This document shows, one piece after another, positions 1 through 10,164 of a stretch of DNA of 64,000 nucleotides. Below the pieces are notes generated by a model. That model was not told the origin of the DNA. It saw nothing but the letters and a program-made list of their open reading frames with translations, and ran no database searches. Both the position numbers and the translations under genes were made by a program. Source of the DNA: Candidatus Poribacteria bacterium (GTDB lineage: Bacteria; Poribacteria; WGA-4E; PCPOR2b); the NCBI GenBank assembly GCA_965116925.1, contig OZ220744.1:2400001-2464000 (forward strand). Reading direction: 5' to 3'. Position 1 is the first letter of the stretch. The number at the start of each line of letters is the position of its first letter.

Positions 1-460
1 CGCGTGTGTGCTTGCCCGCTTCACTCACCGACATACTGAAATTTGCGTGTTCGCGGACGGCGTCATGATGGGCAGGTTCAATCTGCAACAACGGTGAGCG
101 ATCCTTTTCTTTCCATGATTCGTGAACCAGATCCAGATACTTCTGAAGATCCGCCTTCTCACGATTACCGAAGACGAGTGAGACGCCCGGAATCGCCTCA
201 ATTGCCTCCCGATCACTTTCAGCGTAACAACCCGTGACGAAGACTTCGGTATCGGGATTTTTCCGAACGGCTCGCCGGATGACTTGACGGGCTTTTTGGT
301 CTGCGGCATTTGTCACGGTGCAGGTGTTGATGATGCAAACGTCCGCGGGGGTGTTCTCTCCTACGACGGTATATCCGTTACGAAGCATCACCTCCTGCAT
401 CGCTTGTGTGTCGTATTGGTTCACCTTGCATCCCAAGGTGATGAGTGCCGCTGTTGGCAT
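1..460 (-). CDS. mtaB: tRNA t6A37 methylthiotransferase MtaB, 5' part only (runs off the window edge; absent from ORF track)
   Basis: Manual translation from ATG at 460: MPTAALITLGCKVNQYDTQAM...INTCTVTNAADQKARQVIRR...VTGCYA, the UPF0004 N-terminal Cys motifs with the MtaB-type TLGCKVNQY and NTCTVT; GAAGGAG RBS upstream. Confidence 0.85.
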   Translation of the reverse strand, partial: MPTAALITLGCKVNQYDTQAMQEVMLRNGYTVVGENTPADVCIINTCTVTNAADQKARQVIRRAVRKNPDTEVFVTGCYAESDREAIEAIPGVSLVFGNREKADLQKYLDLVHESWKEKDRSPLLQIEPAHHDAVREHANFSMSVSEAGKHTR

Positions 461-485
461 TTTCGTTCTCCTTCGATGGCTTAAT

Positions 486-1280
486 TCAACATTCGGAGGG
501 CTTCAGTGCATTTTTGCCGAAAATCACCGGGAACGTCTCGCCCGTTGTTACATGTTTTGTCGCTGCATCCATATAAGCAGCACTGAATGCGCGTCGCTGT
601 TTTCCCGTTGGATTTACCCCGGAACGGTGTAGCAGGAGGTTATTCAGCAGGACGACTTCGCCCTCTTCCACCTCCAAATCGATGGCATTTTCCTCCAACT
701 GATATTTTTCGGCCTCCGCTTCGGTAGCGAAATGTCCCTCATTTATCACGCCGTGTTTGTGGATACCGGGCACGATTTGCATACAACCGTTTTCTACTGT
801 TGCGTCGTCTAACGCCATCCAGACGGTAATAATTGGGTTGCGGTCTAGTCCCCAGCCTACCCCAACATCTTGATGCCACGGTAGGACAGTGCCTTGATTG
901 GCAGGTTTATTCATAAACATCGCCCGGTAGATCGACACATCTTCGCCGATGTAACGCCGTGTGATGTCACGCAGGAGTGGGTGCTGCATGTAGGAGAGGA
1001 ACAAGGGGTCTTGCTCAAGGTCCATAATCTTCCGGTATTGAAGTGTCGCGCCCTTGTGTCCCACACTCTCTGGAGGTGCTTCACGGTAGACACCGGTGGT
1101 GCTATCGAGTTGGAACCGCATATTGTCGTAGGGTATAATCCCCAGCATAATGTCATCAATCCGTTGCTGCAACGCAGCTAACTCTTTCTTTGATAGGAGG
1201 TGTCCGAGTCTCACGTACCCCTCCTCCATAAACTGAGTGTGTTCTTGACCCCCAAATTTAACAGGTGACTTTGTTGACAT
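486..1280 (-). CDS. Phytanoyl-CoA dioxygenase (PhyH) family Fe(II)/2-oxoglutarate oxygenase
   Basis: WHQD, WMALDDATVENGCMQIVPG and LHRSGVN motifs. Confidence 0.9.
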   Translation of the reverse strand: MSTKSPVKFGGQEHTQFMEEGYVRLGHLLSKKELAALQQRIDDIMLGIIPYDNMRFQLDSTTGVYREAPPESVGHKGATLQYRKIMDLEQDPLFLSYMQHPLLRDITRRYIGEDVSIYRAMFMNKPANQGTVLPWHQDVGVGWGLDRNPIITVWMALDDATVENGCMQIVPGIHKHGVINEGHFATEAEAEKYQLEENAIDLEVEEGEVVLLNNLLLHRSGVNPTGKQRRAFSAAYMDAATKHVTTGETFPVIFGKNALKPSEC

Positions 1281-1316
1281 GGATAGAATCTCCCTTCGGT
1301 TTATGTAAAAAAAAGA

Positions 1317-2126
1317 TCAAAACTCTTGTGCCTCTGCTTGTTTCGGCGGCATCACAATAATTTCGATTCGACGATTTCGTGCTCTTCCTTCGCGGGTTTT
1401 ATTTGTTTCGATTGGACGGTAGTAGGCATAGCCAACCGCTGCCAAACGGGCGGGATCCACACCAGCGCGCGTTTGTAGATAACGGACGGCAGAGATCGCT
1501 CGTTGCGTGGATAGGTCCCAATTGTTTAAGACTGAACCTCTGAATGGGACATTGTCGGTATGACCTTCAACGCGAATCTCTCGATCTGGAAAACGGTTTA
1601 AGAAAGTCTGAGCGATCTTGTCCAAGACACGTTTTCCAGCAGCTTTAACGTCGGCCTTTCCGGAGTCGAAGAGAATTTTATCCATTAGATTGACGGTTAA
1701 TTGTCCTTGGAGCATGGTGATAGTAATTTCTTTCGCTTCGATCTCTTTTTGGAGTTCCTCTCGGAGATCTCGGAATTCTTCCTCTTTCCGTTTTAGTTCC
1801 TCTTGTCTACGTTGCTTCTCTGCAAGAAGTTTTGTCGCCTCCGCTTCCGCTTTTGCTTTGGCTTCATTCAAATTGGTTGCACGTTCTTGTACCTCGTCGA
1901 TTGTGTCCTCTAGGAGGTCAATCTTGTTTTTCTTTGCATCGAGTTCTGCTTGGGTTGTAGTCAATTCATTTTGTAACTGTTCAGACTTTTTTTGGTAGGT
2001 AATCCGACTTTCCTGTTCTGCTTCAAAGTTATTCTTAAATTTGAATATGTAGTAGCTCATAATGGTGACAAGTAGGAGCAAGATAACCCCTGCGATGCCG
2101 CCAATGAGATACAGTTGTCTTTTCAT
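1317..2126 (-). CDS. OmpA/MotB-family protein (N-terminal TM helix, coiled coil, peptidoglycan-binding domain)
   Basis: LFDSGKA, VEGHTDNVP, NWDLSTQRA, RNRRIEI. Confidence 0.85.
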   Translation of the reverse strand: MKRQLYLIGGIAGVILLLLVTIMSYYIFKFKNNFEAEQESRITYQKKSEQLQNELTTTQAELDAKKNKIDLLEDTIDEVQERATNLNEAKAKAEAEATKLLAEKQRRQEELKRKEEEFRDLREELQKEIEAKEITITMLQGQLTVNLMDKILFDSGKADVKAAGKRVLDKIAQTFLNRFPDREIRVEGHTDNVPFRGSVLNNWDLSTQRAISAVRYLQTRAGVDPARLAAVGYAYYRPIETNKTREGRARNRRIEIIVMPPKQAEAQEF

Positions 2127-2168
2127 TCGTCTCTTACTCCCTTATCCTTGCTTTCATTAGCTAATATG

Positions 2169-2204
2169 TGTTGGTTTCCCAGTTTCGGTTCAACCCAACC
2201 TATA
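2169..2204 (-). repeat. REP-like hairpin
   Basis: Minus strand TATAGGTTGGGTTGAACCG...AAACCAACA, imperfect palindrome in an intergenic region. Confidence 0.4.
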
Positions 2205-2304
2205 ACACTAGGAGCACGTCCTACTAGAATAGACACCAACTTGGATTATAATAGTAGCATAATGTGGGTTAAATCTCAATAAATTTTCTCTGTGCAGAAA
2301 GTGA

Positions 2305-2332
2305 TTGACACTTTGAATAGCTTTGCTATAAT
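2305..2332 (+). promoter_or_regulatory. sigma-70 promoter
   Basis: TTGACA-16 bp-TATAAT with extended -10 TG, upstream of the TPR gene. Confidence 0.7.
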
Positions 2333-2379
2333 TAAGTTTATACGGAATTTTGAATGTTTGTCCCGTCGGAGGTTCACCG

Positions 2380-3183
2380 ATGAGAACACTCCCGTTTTTT
2401 CTCCTGATTTTCGTCCTTTTTTTGAATTGCCAGCCTGCTGAGAAGCAGCCAGAGCGGAAAGAGAAATTGAGTCGTGAGGCGACGCGGCTTAGGTTGGGCA
2501 TGGCACTCACGCCGGAAGATCCGACCGGGTATTTGGAACTCGGCGAAGTCTACCACGAAATGGGAGAGTATGAGAAAGCGATTGAGCAATTTCAGGAGGC
2601 GTTGGCAATTGATGAGGAGAATGCACAAGTGCACAACGCGCTCGGTTTAGTCTATATAGATATGCTACTAACGGGTCCGGCGATTGAAGCATTTCAAAAG
2701 GCGACCGACCTCTCCGCCGATAATCCAGCTTTCCTCAACAATCTGGCTTATGCTTATGACACCGCGGATCAGTTTGGTGAGGCGATCGAAACATATCGCA
2801 AGGCAATTGAGGCTGACTCAACCTTTCAAGATGCATACTTCAATCTGGCGGGTGCTTATCATGCGCGCGATCAATTTGAGGAGGCGATAAGCTATTATCA
2901 GCAAGCCATTGCATTAGATGAAAGTGATCCAGACGCACATTATAACCTCGCACACGCCTATCAAGAGACGGAGCAGTTTGATCACGCCCTCCGTGCATAC
3001 GAAACGGCTCAATCGCTTAACCCGGAGGATACGGAGGTATACTACCACCTCGCGCGGATGTACGAAAAGCGGGGGGACCGCCTCACGATGAAACGCTATT
3101 TGGATATCTTCCTAGAACGCGCGGCGGATTTACCGCAATTTCAAGATGAGATTGAGGTTGCCAAACAGATGTCGGATCAGTAG
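2380..3183 (+). CDS. TPR-repeat protein, probable lipoprotein
   Basis: GGAGG RBS before ATG 2380; hydrophobic leader ending LFLNC; several 34-aa TPR units (AYFNLA, AHYNLA, VHNALG). Confidence 0.85.
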   Translation: MRTLPFFLLIFVLFLNCQPAEKQPERKEKLSREATRLRLGMALTPEDPTGYLELGEVYHEMGEYEKAIEQFQEALAIDEENAQVHNALGLVYIDMLLTGPAIEAFQKATDLSADNPAFLNNLAYAYDTADQFGEAIETYRKAIEADSTFQDAYFNLAGAYHARDQFEEAISYYQQAIALDESDPDAHYNLAHAYQETEQFDHALRAYETAQSLNPEDTEVYYHLARMYEKRGDRLTMKRYLDIFLERAADLPQFQDEIEVAKQMSDQ

Positions 3184-3232
3184 TAGGGCTGTTAGTCGAT
3201 TCATGTGAATGATTACAAGGATTTACAGGTAG

Positions 3233-4153
3233 ATGTTAGACAATCTCTCCAAGCTGATCACCGAGCAAAAAAATCCGAACTCGGTCGATATTGACCTCAA
3301 ATCAACGGAAGATATTTTGCGAGTCTTTCACGAGGAGGATCGGAAAGCCCTTGCGGCTGTTGAAGCTGAATCCGTATCTATCGCGCAAGGAATAACCCTC
3401 ATCACAGAAGCATTTCGTCTAGGTGGACGGCTTTTTTATATCGGTGCGGGGACAAGTGGTAGGCTTGGTGTCCTTGATGCGTCCGAATGCCCACCGACGT
3501 TTAGCACGCCGCCCAGTATGGTACAGGGAATTATCGCCGGTGGGGACCGGGCGTTGCGTCGCTCTGTTGAGGCTGCGGAGGATAAGCCTGACGTTGGGGC
3601 ACAAGCCGTGCGAGATAACGGTGTAGCCGATCAGGATGTAGTGGTTGGCATTGCTGGTAGCGGTCGCACGCCTTATGTGCTTGGCGCGTTGGAGGAAGCG
3701 CATCGAATCGGTGCCAAGACCATTTTCCTGTGCTGCACCCCGCCTGCTGATAACCTGAAAGCATTTGTAAATGTCTTTATCGTGCCGGTGGTTGGACCGG
3801 AGATTATCACTGGTTCAACACGACTCAAAGCTGGGACAGCGACGAAGTTGGTACTAAACACCCTCACCACTGTCTCGATGATTCAGATTGGTAAAGTTTA
3901 CAACAACTTGATGGTTGATATTCAGGCATCAAACGCAAAACTTGTTGATCGCGCGGCGCGTATTATTATGGAGATTGCGGATGTGGATTATGCGATGGCA
4001 CAGACGGCATTGGAATGCGCCGGTGGCAGCGCGAAGGTTGCAATTGTCATGCTTGTGAGAGGAGTCGATCAAGAGGAAGCGGTTGCGTTATTGGAGGAAA
4101 ACGATGGTTTTCTCCGACGGGTGTTGGAAGATATTTCGTACCTCGGGGGATAA
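3233..4153 (+). CDS. murQ: N-acetylmuramic acid 6-phosphate etherase
   Basis: GAGTSGRLGVLDASECPPTF, GPEIITGSTRLKAGTATKLVLN, NLMVD. Confidence 0.95.
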   Translation: MLDNLSKLITEQKNPNSVDIDLKSTEDILRVFHEEDRKALAAVEAESVSIAQGITLITEAFRLGGRLFYIGAGTSGRLGVLDASECPPTFSTPPSMVQGIIAGGDRALRRSVEAAEDKPDVGAQAVRDNGVADQDVVVGIAGSGRTPYVLGALEEAHRIGAKTIFLCCTPPADNLKAFVNVFIVPVVGPEIITGSTRLKAGTATKLVLNTLTTVSMIQIGKVYNNLMVDIQASNAKLVDRAARIIMEIADVDYAMAQTALECAGGSAKVAIVMLVRGVDQEEAVALLEENDGFLRRVLEDISYLGG

Positions 4154-4160
4154 ACTTTTT

Positions 4161-4251
4161 GGCTCATGTGAAGAAATTGTGCAAAGAAACCGAGTTTTGC
4201 GGAAAAAATTCGGTTTCTCCTAGCGTTTTGCACTTTCTTTTTATATGAACC
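4161..4251. mobile_element. MITE family A, 91 bp, with 8-bp target-site duplication
   Basis: Imperfect 26-bp terminal inverted repeats (GGCTCATG... / ...TATGAACC); internal GAAACCGAG...TCGGTTTC hairpin; AACTTTTT on both flanks (4153-4160, 4252-4259). Confidence 0.8.
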
Positions 4252-4274
4252 AACTTTTTATCAGGAGACATAAT

Positions 4275-5039
4275 ATGCAAAATATCATCGCATGTAATTT
4301 GAATAGCTATGGACAGTTTAGTGAAGGTGCGTATGCACATCTTGCACAGATTGGGTTGACGAACGTTGAGATCGCTGCGCCTGCGCCGGGAGATGTCGAT
4401 AACGTGCTGGCTGAGTTGAAGTCCCACGGACTTACAGCAACCAGCGTTGCTGCGGGTTGCAATGTTCAGGATGAAAACGTTGTTTCGGACTTTCAGGCGT
4501 GCTTGGACGCGGCAGACCGAATCGGCGTGAAGGTCATCTTTACCAGTGCCCACGCCGGGGACCATGATCGAAATGTCATCTATGAACGGCTGAGGGGGAT
4601 TGGTGAGAATGCCGCACCGCTGGGGATCAAGGTCTGTTTGGAAACGCATCTCGATCTGGCGCACAACGCTGATGTCGCGCTCGAAACGATGCAGGGAGTC
4701 AATCACCCGAATATCTGTATTAACTTCGACACGGGCAATGTGTATTTCTACAACCGTAACGTCACTGCTGTTGGAGAACTTAGGAAGATTATCAAGCATG
4801 TCGGTGCGGTTCATCTCAAGGATACCAACGGTGGGTATCGGACGTGGCACTTTCCCGCGCTCGGTGAGGGCGTGGTTGATTTCAAAGGCGTGTTTCAGAT
4901 CTTGAACGATGCTGGATTCTATGGTCCCTGCGCGATGGAGTTGGAAGGGATCGAAGGCGAAGATATTGATGAGGCGGGGGTACAAGCACGCATGGAGCAG
5001 TCTGTGACTTATCTCAAGGGTATTGGAATAATGGATTAG
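4275..5039 (+). CDS. Sugar phosphate isomerase/epimerase (xylose isomerase-like TIM barrel)
   Basis: CLETH, NFDTGN, VHLKD, LGEGVVDF, AMELE; AGGAG RBS before ATG 4275. Confidence 0.85.
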   Translation: MQNIIACNLNSYGQFSEGAYAHLAQIGLTNVEIAAPAPGDVDNVLAELKSHGLTATSVAAGCNVQDENVVSDFQACLDAADRIGVKVIFTSAHAGDHDRNVIYERLRGIGENAAPLGIKVCLETHLDLAHNADVALETMQGVNHPNICINFDTGNVYFYNRNVTAVGELRKIIKHVGAVHLKDTNGGYRTWHFPALGEGVVDFKGVFQILNDAGFYGPCAMELEGIEGEDIDEAGVQARMEQSVTYLKGIGIMD

Positions 5040-5071
5040 ATGCGCCTCTGCGGCGAATTGCTAGAAAAGTG

Positions 5072-5100
5072 TTGACACAACGCAGTCGAGTCGGTAAAAT
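5072..5100 (+). promoter_or_regulatory. sigma-70 promoter
   Basis: TTGACA-17 bp-TAAAAT. Confidence 0.65.
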
Positions 5101-5158
5101 CAGCGACAATTTTTGGTACGGTTTTATTCATCTTAACGTAAGTTGCTACACTGGTTAC

Positions 5159-5293
5159 GGCACGCGGATGAAGATTAATTTATTAATTGGGTAATTTCCG
5201 AGCGACGCCGGCGCGGTTGCAAACCGCGCCTACCATATGTTTCGAGGAAAATCGGGATTACCGATTTAAATACTTAAACTTCATGAGCGTGCC
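5159..5293. mobile_element. MITE family C, 135 bp, with internal REP-like hairpin
   Basis: 37-bp terminal inverted repeats starting GGCACGC (29/37 match by hand); TAC on both flanks; hairpin GGCGCGGTTGCAAACCGCGCCTACC at 5210-5234. Confidence 0.7.
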
Positions 5294-5322
5294 TACTACT
5301 ATGGGAGGGGAGGAATGAGTAG

Positions 5323-6123
5323 ATGGCTGATGCACTACCGCTTATTGCATATCCAGATTTAGAGAGTCGGGTGAAGGCTGTGGAGGAAGATGGCTTTGTC
5401 TATTTCCCTGGGGTTCTCAACGCCGATGAGATTGCTGAACTGCGAGATGCCATGGATCGGTTGACGCAGATACCGGAAAGTTTCGATAGACACAATACCC
5501 CTGAAAACGGTGGTTTTCTCAATAAACATATCAACAATGCGTTCAATCGGGATGTCGTTTTTCTGCAATATCTTGATAAGCCGGAGATTATTGAGTTGGA
5601 GGAAGCGATCCACGGCGAGGATTGCCATGTTATTGGAATGACAGCGTGGACGACGGGTCCCGGGCGTCCGGATCAGGGTTTACATACTGATTGGCTGCCG
5701 ATTAGCCTACCGGCGGATGTGTTAGCGGATCCGCGGGTGAAGGTTCCAATTTTTATCACCACTGCCCATTTTTATCTTGATGACCTATACGAAGAATTGG
5801 GACCGACGAAGTTTATCCCGGGGAGTCATCAGGCGGGACGCAGCCCAAACGGCGATGTTGAGTATCAGGGTGTTGGAGATCACAGTATCCTGTGTAATGC
5901 CGGCGATGTTGTTGTTTTCCGAAGCGAGGTTTGGCACCGTGGATCGGCGAATACGAGCGATCAGGACCGGTATCTATTGCAGGTGCATTACGCGAAGCGG
6001 ATGATTACACAGAAGTTTCCGCCCTATCTCAACAAGTTTCAGTTTGACGATGTGATTCTCTCGCAGGCAACGCCGCGACAGCGCCGGCTGCTTGGTGACC
6101 ATCGACCAAGTAATTATGATTGA
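5323..6123 (+). CDS. PhyH-family dioxygenase
   Basis: LHTD, GPTKFIPGSH, WHRGSAN. Confidence 0.85.
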   Translation: MADALPLIAYPDLESRVKAVEEDGFVYFPGVLNADEIAELRDAMDRLTQIPESFDRHNTPENGGFLNKHINNAFNRDVVFLQYLDKPEIIELEEAIHGEDCHVIGMTAWTTGPGRPDQGLHTDWLPISLPADVLADPRVKVPIFITTAHFYLDDLYEELGPTKFIPGSHQAGRSPNGDVEYQGVGDHSILCNAGDVVVFRSEVWHRGSANTSDQDRYLLQVHYAKRMITQKFPPYLNKFQFDDVILSQATPRQRRLLGDHRPSNYD

Positions 6124-6270
6124 GAGGTGTTCAGGCGTTAGGTGAATAGAGGTTGGAAGGGAAGGATGGGAGCGTTCCTGCGATTCTGATCTTTTTACGT
6201 TTTACATGGTGCGTCCAACCTGAAGCGTGGCTTAGAATGTGGAACGTAGGAGCAAGAAGCGCGAGGAGCA

Positions 6271-7167
6271 ATGGATCGAAAATCTAAAATCGCAGCCGAC
6301 CAACCGAGTGCCAAGATTATCGCATTGGTATTGTTGCTTGGCTTGCTTTGGGGTGGGAACTCGGTTTCGATTAAAATCGGCTTGCAGGATGTTCCGCCGT
6401 TTGCACTTGCGACGATGCGTTTTCTCCTCGGATTTGCTGCGATTACGCTGTGGTCATTACATCAGCGGGTTCAGCTCCGAATGAATCCGGGCGAGTTGCT
6501 CCCACTACTCTTTGTGTCGCTGATTTTCACGCTGCAGATTAGCACGCTGAATCTCGGAACGCAGATCACAGAGGCGTCACGCTCGACGGTTTTTATCAGC
6601 ACATACCCGTTTTTTACTGCATTGTTCGCGCATTTCTGGGTGCCGGGGGATCGGCTCTCATTCAGGAAAACAGTAGGGATTACCCTTGCGTTCGGTGGTG
6701 TCCTACTGACTTTCGGGGGCAATCTAAAATTTGACTCGCAGGATTACCTGCGTGGGGACCTGATTGTCCTGTTGAGCGGTTGTCTGTTAGGACTTCGGAC
6801 GGTCGTCACCAAACTCATCATCCAGTCCATCCATCCTTATCGGCTACTATTCTGGTTGATGATTTTCAGCGTCCCATGTTTTGTTATTTCGAGTTTGTTC
6901 TTAGAGAGGGGTGCGAACTTTCGCTTTTCGGTTTCCGGTGTGAGCGCAATTTTCTATCAGGGCATCGTGATTGCTGGGTTCTGCTTTGTCTCTTGGACCT
7001 CGATCCTTGAAAAGTATAGTCCGAGCCGGTTAGTTGTCCTGTTCTTTCTGACGCCGTTGTTTGGGGTGTTTTTAAGCTATCTGCTTTTGGGCGATGAGAT
7101 TGGTTTCGGGTTGGTTGTCGGCGCCTGCTTGGTCGCTTATGGCATTTATCTTGTCAACAAGAATTGA
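6271..7167 (+). CDS. DMT/EamA family transporter
   Basis: About 10 TM helices in two EamA halves; LLWGGN...PPFALATMRF. Confidence 0.9.
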   Translation: MDRKSKIAADQPSAKIIALVLLLGLLWGGNSVSIKIGLQDVPPFALATMRFLLGFAAITLWSLHQRVQLRMNPGELLPLLFVSLIFTLQISTLNLGTQITEASRSTVFISTYPFFTALFAHFWVPGDRLSFRKTVGITLAFGGVLLTFGGNLKFDSQDYLRGDLIVLLSGCLLGLRTVVTKLIIQSIHPYRLLFWLMIFSVPCFVISSLFLERGANFRFSVSGVSAIFYQGIVIAGFCFVSWTSILEKYSPSRLVVLFFLTPLFGVFLSYLLLGDEIGFGLVVGACLVAYGIYLVNKN

Positions 7168-7217
7168 GCATTAGCGTATAAAAACAGGGGAGCGAAATTC
7201 CAAATCGGGAGGGGTGT

Positions 7218-8423
7218 ATGCAAACAGACAAGGTCAGATTAGCGATCATTGGTTGCGGCGGGATGGCGGGGGCGCATCTGAACGCCTACATTGGTCTCAA
7301 GAATCGTGGCATCGATATCTTTGATTTTGTAGCGATGTGTGATATAGATATAGATCGGGCGAAGGGTTTTGCTTCGAGAGCTGCCGAGGTGCAAGGGGGT
7401 GTGGAACCCAAGGTCTACGACGATATTGATAAGATGCTAGCACAGGAGACGTTGACCGCCGCTGACATCTGTGGACCTCATTTCTTACATCATACGCTTG
7501 CGATTGCTTGCTTTGAGGCGGGGGTTGATGTTATCGTTGAGAAACCACTTGGGGTGACAGTCCGTGCAGGCTGGAAGATGATAACGAGTGCAGCAGCCCA
7601 CGATCGTATCCTTGCCACCGCAGAGCAGGTGCGGCGATGGGTGAGTTCGCGCACAGTTGAGTGGTTAATCAACAAGGAGAAACGGATCGGGGAGCCTCGT
7701 ATGTTTTTTCGACAGGGTATTAGCGGGGCTAACAACGATCCTGAAAATCTCTTGCGCGATGAAATGACGACGTGGCGGCGAGAGAAACTCACAAGTGGTG
7801 GAAACGGGATCATTGATGGTGGAGTGCATTACATAGATCTCCTGATCTATTTTTACGGTGAACCCGATGAAATTTACGCCAGATCGGAGAATCTGACTCA
7901 ATACCAGTTCAAAGATCCGGACGGCAATTATATTCCACAAACCGTCGAGGATACCGCGCTCGCAACGATCACATTTAAGAGTGGTGTCATCGGTCAATGG
8001 GTCAACACCGGTGCTGCTCCGGGACGCGGTATCGGCTATAACAGCTACCACGGCAGCATCGGTTCCATCTACAGTACCGGTGGATACCCACAATCGCCTG
8101 AGTTGCAGCTATGGGATGGAAGCACTCAAGATCCAGACACCTTGCAAAGCACCTACATGGCGAATCTCAGCCCAGAGGAGAAGGAACGGTTGTTCCCGCA
8201 CGGCATCACGGAGGGGGTGATGCTTGAGGTCTACGATTTTCTGGACGCGGTTCGTAGGCGGCGTAGACCGGAGCTTGATGGGGTTGATGGCTTGAAAGCA
8301 CAGGCGGTTTGCAACGCGATCTATGAATCGGGGTGGGCCGGTCAGGCGGTCAAATTCGATGATGTATATAATGACAGGGTGACAGGGTATCAGGATGAGA
8401 TCAACGACCGATGGGGGATCTGA
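7218..8423 (+). CDS. Gfo/Idh/MocA family oxidoreductase
   Basis: IIGCGGMA Rossmann motif, VEKP, DGGVHYID. Confidence 0.9.
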   Translation: MQTDKVRLAIIGCGGMAGAHLNAYIGLKNRGIDIFDFVAMCDIDIDRAKGFASRAAEVQGGVEPKVYDDIDKMLAQETLTAADICGPHFLHHTLAIACFEAGVDVIVEKPLGVTVRAGWKMITSAAAHDRILATAEQVRRWVSSRTVEWLINKEKRIGEPRMFFRQGISGANNDPENLLRDEMTTWRREKLTSGGNGIIDGGVHYIDLLIYFYGEPDEIYARSENLTQYQFKDPDGNYIPQTVEDTALATITFKSGVIGQWVNTGAAPGRGIGYNSYHGSIGSIYSTGGYPQSPELQLWDGSTQDPDTLQSTYMANLSPEEKERLFPHGITEGVMLEVYDFLDAVRRRRRPELDGVDGLKAQAVCNAIYESGWAGQAVKFDDVYNDRVTGYQDEINDRWGI

Positions 8424-8476
8424 GCATCTATTTAAAAGCCTGAGTTCAGCCTGAAATGAGGAGAAAAGAGCAGTAT

Positions 8477-8950
8477 ATGGAGTGGAAGTTTACGCTCGGT
8501 GTTGGTGGGGCGGTTGTGCGTGATGGGCAGCTTCTCTTGGTTCATCATGCCTACGGTGCCAAGATGTGGCAGATTCCGGGCGGATATGTCAAGCCGGAGG
8601 AATGTGCCCATGAGGGGGTTGTGCGGGAAATCTACGAAGAAACCCACATCCGCGCAGCGGTTGATGGTCTGCTTGGCGTTCGCCACCGTGTGAAGAAAGG
8701 CGATAATTCGACCTATCTTATTTTCAGATTGACACCGGTTGAATTACACGATCCCATTCCCGATGAGCGTGAGGTTGATGCCGCTGGATACTTTAGCCTT
8801 GCCGAGATTGAAGCGTTTTCACCAGACGAAATTCCTGCGCTCAATAAGTGGGTGGCTCGGTGTGTTTTGGGCAAAACGCCAAATATGCTGTTGGATCAAG
8901 GCGACCCCGATGGGCTTAATCGATCGTATAACCTTTACATTTGCTCTTGA
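8477..8950 (+). CDS. NUDIX hydrolase
   Basis: Nudix box PGGYVKPEECAHEGVVREIYEETHI. Confidence 0.85.
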   Translation: MEWKFTLGVGGAVVRDGQLLLVHHAYGAKMWQIPGGYVKPEECAHEGVVREIYEETHIRAAVDGLLGVRHRVKKGDNSTYLIFRLTPVELHDPIPDEREVDAAGYFSLAEIEAFSPDEIPALNKWVARCVLGKTPNMLLDQGDPDGLNRSYNLYICS

Positions 8951-8982
8951 ACGTTTTACGTTTCACGTATGAGGAGACTGAC

Positions 8983-10050
8983 ATGAATCAACGCGAACAG
9001 GAAACAATTGTCAATGCAGACCAGCTCCAACAGGTCTGTAGTCAACTGTACCAAAAGGCTGGTGTCGCACAGGAATACGCCGATACCATCGCCCAGATGC
9101 AGGTTTTAATGGATTTGCGAGGCGTTCCTTCACACGCAACACGCGGCGTGCCGGGCTATGTGCGTGGAATGATAAGCGGTGGCACTAACCCGAATCCCGA
9201 TATTAAGACGCTTGAAGATAACCCTGCGTCTGCCCTACTCGATGGGGATCGAGGTTTCGGGCACCTTGTCGCGATCCACGGAATGAATCTTGCTATTGAA
9301 AAAGCGAGGGCAACTTCGATCGGGGTTGTAGTTGTTCGCAACAGCAATCACTTCGGCGCTGCTTCCAGCCATGCGATACGCGCACTTGAACACGATATGA
9401 TTGGCTTTGCGACCACCAATGGCGGCGGCGTGAATGTGGCGGTCTTTGGTGCAAGGACTAACTCAATTGGTAACAACGCGCTCGCTTTTGCCATTCCCGC
9501 TGGCGAAGAACCACCGATTGTGTTGGATATGGCGTGTGGTGCTGCGGCTGCTGGCAGAATTGGGACCGCCCGGATGTATAATCAGAAGATTCCCTTGGGC
9601 TGGGGACTGGACGAGAATGGGGAGGAGACTGATGATCCGTCAAAGGTGGCAGCGATCCTGCCCGCTGCGGGTCCGAAAGGCTCTGCGCTCGCCATGATTA
9701 TGGATGTGTTGTGTGGGCCGTTGGGTGGCGGACTGATGGGAATCAATAAGGCGTACAATCCACGGAACGCGCCGCCGGAAAAAATGGGGACAGCTCACTT
9801 TTTCTTTGCTATTAATATTGCGAGTTTGACCTCGATAGATCAATTTAAGGAGGAGATGGACGAACAGATTCGCACGACTCGCAAGGCGAAACCGCGGGCG
9901 GGATTTGATCGGGTTACGCTGCCCGGTGAAATTGAATGGGAACTCACCCAAGAACGCCGCGCAAACGGTATTCCACTCCATAAGTCTCAAGTAGTGACTC
10001 TTGAAGAGTTGGCGGATGAGCTCGGGGTGCCTGTGCCGTGGAGAACGTGA
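8983..10050 (+). CDS. Ldh_2 (malate/L-lactate/ureidoglycolate dehydrogenase-like) family oxidoreductase
   Basis: DLRGVPSH, RNSNHFGA, LDMA, GPKGSAL, LPGE; GAGGAG RBS before 8983. Confidence 0.9.
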   Translation: MNQREQETIVNADQLQQVCSQLYQKAGVAQEYADTIAQMQVLMDLRGVPSHATRGVPGYVRGMISGGTNPNPDIKTLEDNPASALLDGDRGFGHLVAIHGMNLAIEKARATSIGVVVVRNSNHFGAASSHAIRALEHDMIGFATTNGGGVNVAVFGARTNSIGNNALAFAIPAGEEPPIVLDMACGAAAAGRIGTARMYNQKIPLGWGLDENGEETDDPSKVAAILPAAGPKGSALAMIMDVLCGPLGGGLMGINKAYNPRNAPPEKMGTAHFFFAINIASLTSIDQFKEEMDEQIRTTRKAKPRAGFDRVTLPGEIEWELTQERRANGIPLHKSQVVTLEELADELGVPVPWRT

Positions 10051-10072
10051 AACGTGATGCGTGAAACGTGAA
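10045..10072 (+). repeat. Heptamer tandem repeat (RCGTGAW x4)
   Basis: ACGTGAA ACGTGAT GCGTGAA ACGTGAA overlapping the stop codon; related arrays at 8948-8968 (reverse), 18104-18155 and 37837-37857. Confidence 0.7.
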
Positions 10073-10164
10073 GACGGCTTGTTCATTGGTGCGGTTGGAC
10101 TAGGAAGAGCAGGCTACGTGGCTTAAAAAAAGACAGTGCAAAACGCAAAGAGAGACCGACATCA

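Noticed and set aside
1317..2126. Flagellar stator motB call
   Set aside because: No motA neighbour and no conserved Asp in the TM helix; kept as generic OmpA/MotB family
4164..4985. 273-aa minus-strand ORF
   Set aside because: Antisense to the well-supported isomerase gene and ends inside a MITE
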